IMG/VR virus record: IMGVR_UViG_2663763400_000010
Source of the DNA: a virus
Lineage: Duplodnaviria > Heunggongvirae > Uroviricota > Caudoviricetes
Strand: one strand, 5' to 3'
Length of the DNA stretch: 42,975 bases
Made by a program: the position numbers and the translations under genes. Positions 39,022 through 42,975 of the stretch are shown here, piece by piece. Position 1 is the first letter of the stretch. Each line of letters opens with the position of its first letter. The notes beneath the pieces were generated by a model, which saw only the letters and a program-made list of their open reading frames with translations, had not been told where the DNA came from and ran no database searches.

Positions 39022-39148
39022 TTTCATTACTGCAAATGCCCCTGCGGGGGCATTTATGGAAACGTAATTGACTCAATAATCGCCGGATGGTGAGGGCTTT
39101 CTTTTACCAGAATTCAGCGCGGTGCAGCGCATATACGTGGAGAACAAA

Positions 39149-39673
39149 ATGTCATTTATTAAAACTTTTTCCGGGAAGCATTTTTATTATGACAGGATAA
39201 ATAAAGACGACATCGTTATTAACGATATCGCGGTTTCTCTTTCAAATATCTGTCGCTTTGCAGGACATCTTTCACATTTCTACAGCGTCGCCCAACATGC
39301 GGTGCTTTGCAGCCAACTGGTACCGCAGGAATTTGCTTTTGAAGCGTTAATGCATGATGCAACAGAAGCGTATTGCCAGGACATCCCGGCGCCACTGAAA
39401 CGCCTTCTTCCTGACTATAAACGGATGGAAGAAAAAATAGACGCCGTAATCCGTGAGAAATACGGGTTACCCCCGGTTATGAGTACGCCCGTGAAATATG
39501 CCGATCTCATCATGCTGGCAACCGAACGCCGCGATCTCGGGCTTGATGATGGCTCTTTCTGGCCCGTACTGGAAGGTATCCCGGCAACAGAGATGTTCAA
39601 AGTTATTCCACTGTCGCCAGGCCATACCTATGGGATGTTTATGGAACGCTTTAAAGAGTTAACTGAGTCGTAA
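39149..39673 (+). CDS. HD-domain phosphohydrolase (YfdR-like 5-prime-deoxynucleotidase)
   Basis: H...HD metal-binding motifs (SVAQHAV...ALMHDATEAY); ATG at 39149 with GGAG ribosome-binding site preferred over GTG at 39122. Confidence 0.7.
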   Translation: MSFIKTFSGKHFYYDRINKDDIVINDIAVSLSNICRFAGHLSHFYSVAQHAVLCSQLVPQEFAFEALMHDATEAYCQDIPAPLKRLLPDYKRMEEKIDAVIREKYGLPPVMSTPVKYADLIMLATERRDLGLDDGSFWPVLEGIPATEMFKVIPLSPGHTYGMFMERFKELTES

Positions 39674-39781
39674 AAATCAGCACGTACGAATTCAAACTCT
39701 GCCATAAAAGAACATATAAGTAATTTATTAACATATAGATATAGGTTATATTACAAATTGAAAAATTATTGGAGAGCAACA

Positions 39782-40648
39782 ATGAATCAAAATCCATTCT
39801 CATTCTATGACTTTCTTGGATATTTAATACCAGGTGGTTTTTTTATCCTATTAATGTATTTCTGTGGTTTGACATTCGATCTAGATATTGTTATTGACTT
39901 AAGTGAATTGCTCAGAGGTCAAAGTCAAATCTTTGGCATTTTGAACTACGCTTCAATAGTTATTATATCTTATATAGCTGGACATTTTATTTCTATCACG
40001 TCAGCATTTTTTATCGAAAAATACATGAATAAAGAATTAGGATATCCTTCCAAATATCTATTTAAAAAATTGATAGATACCTCAGAAAGCATTTGTAGCC
40101 CATCATGCGATGAGAGAAGCGCTGATAAAAAAACAAAAATAAAGAATCGCATAATCAAATGCGTATTATGTCCAATAATACTATGGGATTTTATAACACA
40201 AAAACTATGTTATTCTCAATCTCTACCATTTCATTTAGCTAATACAACATGGTTAATGATCAAAGAAGGTTATGAGAAAAAGTTCATAACAAATCGCCAA
40301 TTATTACAAGATAAAAACGGACTTGATGATGATCTCTTCAGATTGGCATATCATTATGTTTATGAGTTTTCAAAACAACATCAAACAAAAATTCAAAACT
40401 ATGTTGCATTATATGGTTTTTGCAGAAACATATGTTTAATCTTTATAATTTCATTTTGGGTATCAGTTCCAACCTTTATTTATCGATTATGTACTCATAG
40501 TGATTATCTTTATAGTTTACTTTCAATAATGCTTAGCTTTTTCTTCGTCTATGTTTTCTATGTTGGTTTTGTTAAATTTTATAGAAGATATACTTTAGAA
40601 GTATTAATGGCATTTGCTGTACTTCAAAGTAACGACACTATTCGTTAA
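39782..40648 (+). CDS. AT-rich multi-pass membrane protein of unknown function (moron next to xis/int)
   Basis: 288 aa from ATG at 39782 (GGAG ribosome-binding site); about four hydrophobic helices (two N-terminal, two C-terminal) around a ~120-aa soluble region; GC far below the flanking genes; AT-rich upstream region of its own. Confidence 0.6.
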   Translation: MNQNPFSFYDFLGYLIPGGFFILLMYFCGLTFDLDIVIDLSELLRGQSQIFGILNYASIVIISYIAGHFISITSAFFIEKYMNKELGYPSKYLFKKLIDTSESICSPSCDERSADKKTKIKNRIIKCVLCPIILWDFITQKLCYSQSLPFHLANTTWLMIKEGYEKKFITNRQLLQDKNGLDDDLFRLAYHYVYEFSKQHQTKIQNYVALYGFCRNICLIFIISFWVSVPTFIYRLCTHSDYLYSLLSIMLSFFFVYVFYVGFVKFYRRYTLEVLMAFAVLQSNDTIR

Positions 40649-40689
40649 TAATGTTGCTCCCGTGTGCAGACGGGATAATGGAGAAACGT

Positions 40690-40896
40690 ATGCTGAACCT
40701 CGATTGTGTTCCTATCTCAACTTATTGCAAAGAAACTGGCGAAACTCCTGAAGCAATAAACAAACGTGTACAGCGCGGTGTTTGGCGTGAAGGTGTTCAG
40801 GTTTTAAAGGTTGAAGGCGTTAAGGAGAGGTGGATTGATCTTAGTGAGGTTGCAAAATGGGCCAGACAAAACTGCTCAAACTACCGCGCGGCGTAA
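40690..40896 (+). CDS. xis: excisionase-like DNA-binding protein
   Basis: Small basic protein immediately upstream of and overlapping int; ATG at 40690 with GGAG ribosome-binding site. Family assignment is tentative. Confidence 0.45.
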   Translation: MLNLDCVPISTYCKETGETPEAINKRVQRGVWREGVQVLKVEGVKERWIDLSEVAKWARQNCSNYRAA

Positions 40897-42029
40897 CAAT
40901 CAGGAAACACCACCAGGGAGAAACGATCAATATAACTTTCACCTACAAAGGAGTTAGATGTCGTGAGCCGCTTTCCAATCTGGAAGTAACACCAAAGAAC
41001 ATTAAATACGCCGAGCGTACACTCGGCGAAATCCATAATAAGATCGAAAGGGGAACATTCATTTATGCAGAATATTTTCCCCGTTCTGCTCGTTTGAAAA
41101 TTTTTGGTAATGCTGCTGCAAGCAAAACGGTAAAGATGTACCTGGACGAATATCTTGAAATCTGCGAAACAAGAAAACTTTCACCCTCTACGATTGGTGG
41201 CTATAAAAAATGCCGTAGTGCGTTAGCCTCACTTCACATTTGCCCTGCAAGTGAATTAACACCAGCAACCCTGAAAGCGTGGATTCAAAGCCAGAAAACA
41301 ACCTTAAAAACCATTCGCAACCAGTTATCTTTCCTACGGTCAGCACTTGATGAAGCCGTGACCGATGGGGTACTTCAAATTAACCCCGTATCGTTAGTAA
41401 CAGCTTCGCGCTACCAAAGTGATAAGTCAGAAGCAGAAAGCAGCTATGTGGTTGATCCGCTATCACCAGCAGAAGTTGATGCATTACTAGCAGCAGCCGG
41501 AAACAAACAATGGGAAAATCTGTTCCGGTTCGCCATACATACAGGCCTGCGTAGTTCTGAATTATGTGCCCTACGATGGCATGATATCGACTTTGTTGGA
41601 AAAACAGCCCATGTTCAGAGCGCAAGTGTTGTCGGAGTTATCAAAGGAACAAAGACAAAAGCCGGTACCCGTAAAGTTGAACTGACTGAAGAAGCAATGT
41701 TGGCGTTGATAAACCAGAAGCCATTTACATTCATGAAGGATGCTACTGTCTTTGAAGATCCAAAGACCAATAAACCCTGGGCAAGTGCTGATGCAATTAG
41801 GAAAAAAGCATGGGTGCCAACATTGCGAAAAGCAGGTATTCGTTACAGAAACCCATATCAAACCAGGCATACATTCGCCACCAGCCATATCAGCCGGGGA
41901 GCAAACCTGTTTTGGCTTGCGGCTCAAATGGGCCATAAAGGGCCTGAAATGTTATTCAGGCACTATGGACAATACTTGAAAGAGTATGATGGGAGGGCAA
42001 GTATCAAGGATAAAAAGGCTTTATTTTAA
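40857..42029 (+). CDS. int: tyrosine integrase (phage integrase family)
   Basis: 390 aa; C-terminal catalytic region with ...RHTFATSHISRGANLFWLAAQMGHKGPEMLFRHYGQY (R...H..R...Y) and an N-terminal arm-binding-like domain. Confidence 0.85.
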   Translation: MGQTKLLKLPRGVTIRKHHQGETINITFTYKGVRCREPLSNLEVTPKNIKYAERTLGEIHNKIERGTFIYAEYFPRSARLKIFGNAAASKTVKMYLDEYLEICETRKLSPSTIGGYKKCRSALASLHICPASELTPATLKAWIQSQKTTLKTIRNQLSFLRSALDEAVTDGVLQINPVSLVTASRYQSDKSEAESSYVVDPLSPAEVDALLAAAGNKQWENLFRFAIHTGLRSSELCALRWHDIDFVGKTAHVQSASVVGVIKGTKTKAGTRKVELTEEAMLALINQKPFTFMKDATVFEDPKTNKPWASADAIRKKAWVPTLRKAGIRYRNPYQTRHTFATSHISRGANLFWLAAQMGHKGPEMLFRHYGQYLKEYDGRASIKDKKALF

Positions 42030-42620
42030 GTCATTATGCCAATCGTCTACTGTTTGAAACCAAATTTTTAACCTTTGCATAAAGGTACGATCCTTTTTGG
42101 GAGGGTGGTACCTTTGAAAAGAAGTATGTAACGCTTCGATAACTCCCATACAAGCATCAATTACTTCTTGTGCTTTAACCGGGCGATCGGCATCTGAAAG
42201 CTTGTGAGCGACCTCACAATCCAGAGTTGCTTTCTCTAGTACAGATGAGAACACCTCGTCAGGTATATACAGTCCTCTGCTTTCCAAAATGCAAATCAGT
42301 TTGGAAACTTGTTGAGCTTTAGCCAAGATAGTTAACAAGTATGAAACAGAAGCCTTTGTTCTATCCTTTTGCAACCTTAACAATCGATGCTTTGATGCTC
42401 TAATTTTAGGTTGAGTTGTCTGACTGAGCCAATAGTTAGAAGAAATATCAGAAATTTCAATAACTAACTTTGAAATAGCATCAATAATTGATTTCGATTC
42501 AGAACGTGTCGCCAGTTTTACAGAATTATTGTACGCAACTCGCCATCCAATGAAAACTAAGCAGACGCTAACTACTGTGATACACCACGAATACTGTCCT
42601 ATTTGTGCTACTAATGACAT
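42021..42620 (-). CDS. hypothetical protein with one N-terminal transmembrane helix
   Basis: ATG at 42620 (MSLVAQIGQYSWCITVVSVCLVFIGW...) preferred over TTG at 42638; convergent with int; low GC. Confidence 0.4.
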   Translation of the reverse strand: MSLVAQIGQYSWCITVVSVCLVFIGWRVAYNNSVKLATRSESKSIIDAISKLVIEISDISSNYWLSQTTQPKIRASKHRLLRLQKDRTKASVSYLLTILAKAQQVSKLICILESRGLYIPDEVFSSVLEKATLDCEVAHKLSDADRPVKAQEVIDACMGVIEALHTSFQRYHPPKKDRTFMQRLKIWFQTVDDWHNDLK

Positions 42621-42648
42621 TGGTTCCGTACTGATCAACTATCGCCTC

Positions 42649-42975
42649 TTATACTCTTTCTGGTTGTGCTAAATCAATAAATTTATCAATCTGTTCTTTG
42701 TAGAACGGAACATCACTTTTTATAATCAAACGTGCTTTAACGTTGGCTTTAGGTATCCCTTCCTTACGGATGAGACCTCCAAACGCCTCTTCTAAGAAAG
42801 AGGAACCAACACCCAGTGCTATACCGCGAAAATCAACCACAATCTCCTGTTCAGTACCCTTCAGCGCAGGCACCAAAAACTCTCTACGAAATCTTTCCGC
42901 ACTGTGTGGGCTATCCGTTGTGTAACGTCCGAAAGGTGTTCTGGAGAACTCCTTCGCTATGACGATATTTCTCAT
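42649..42975 (-). CDS. hypothetical protein; N-terminus may lie beyond the window edge
   Basis: ORF runs to the last base of the window; tandem with 42021-42620 on the same strand. Confidence 0.35.
   Translation of the reverse strand: MRNIVIAKEFSRTPFGRYTTDSPHSAERFRREFLVPALKGTEQEIVVDFRGIALGVGSSFLEEAFGGLIRKEGIPKANVKARLIIKSDVPFYKEQIDKFIDLAQPERV

Overview
The window is dominated by one ~40 kb mosaic temperate prophage (about 2.6 kb to beyond 42 kb). It combines a lambdoid immunity/replication/nin/Q/lysis layout with HK97-type packaging and head genes, a Mu-type contractile tail and baseplate, and a Gin/Pin-type invertible tail-fibre switch; the overall organisation recalls e14/CPS-53/SfV-like enterobacterial prophages. 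Late genes run on the minus strand (HNH, terminase, portal, protease, capsid, sheath, tube, tape measure, baseplate, fibre); cI, the early-left operon, xis and int are on the plus strand. The tail-fibre end carries an accessory patch: a DNA invertase gene truncated to 42 codons, a GmrSD-family (DUF262 + DUF1524/HNH) type IV restriction-like gene split by a complete IS2 with a 5-bp GATTA target duplication, and a decayed dinI-like gene that still has two LexA boxes. Left of this is a 3-prime fragment of a tRNA-Pro(GGG)-like gene followed by a strong terminator (an att-type junction), and further left a low-GC cassette of uncharacterised putative nucleases (a GIY-YIG protein and a PD-(D/E)xK-like protein). 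AT-rich genes of unknown function sit at classical moron positions (Q-holin junction, Rz-cos junction, between cI and the early operon, next to xis/int). No rRNA, intact tRNA or CRISPR array was seen. All calls come from reading the ORF translations and the DNA by eye; reference sequences are recalled from memory and no database search was run, so family names are hypotheses and start codons are approximate.
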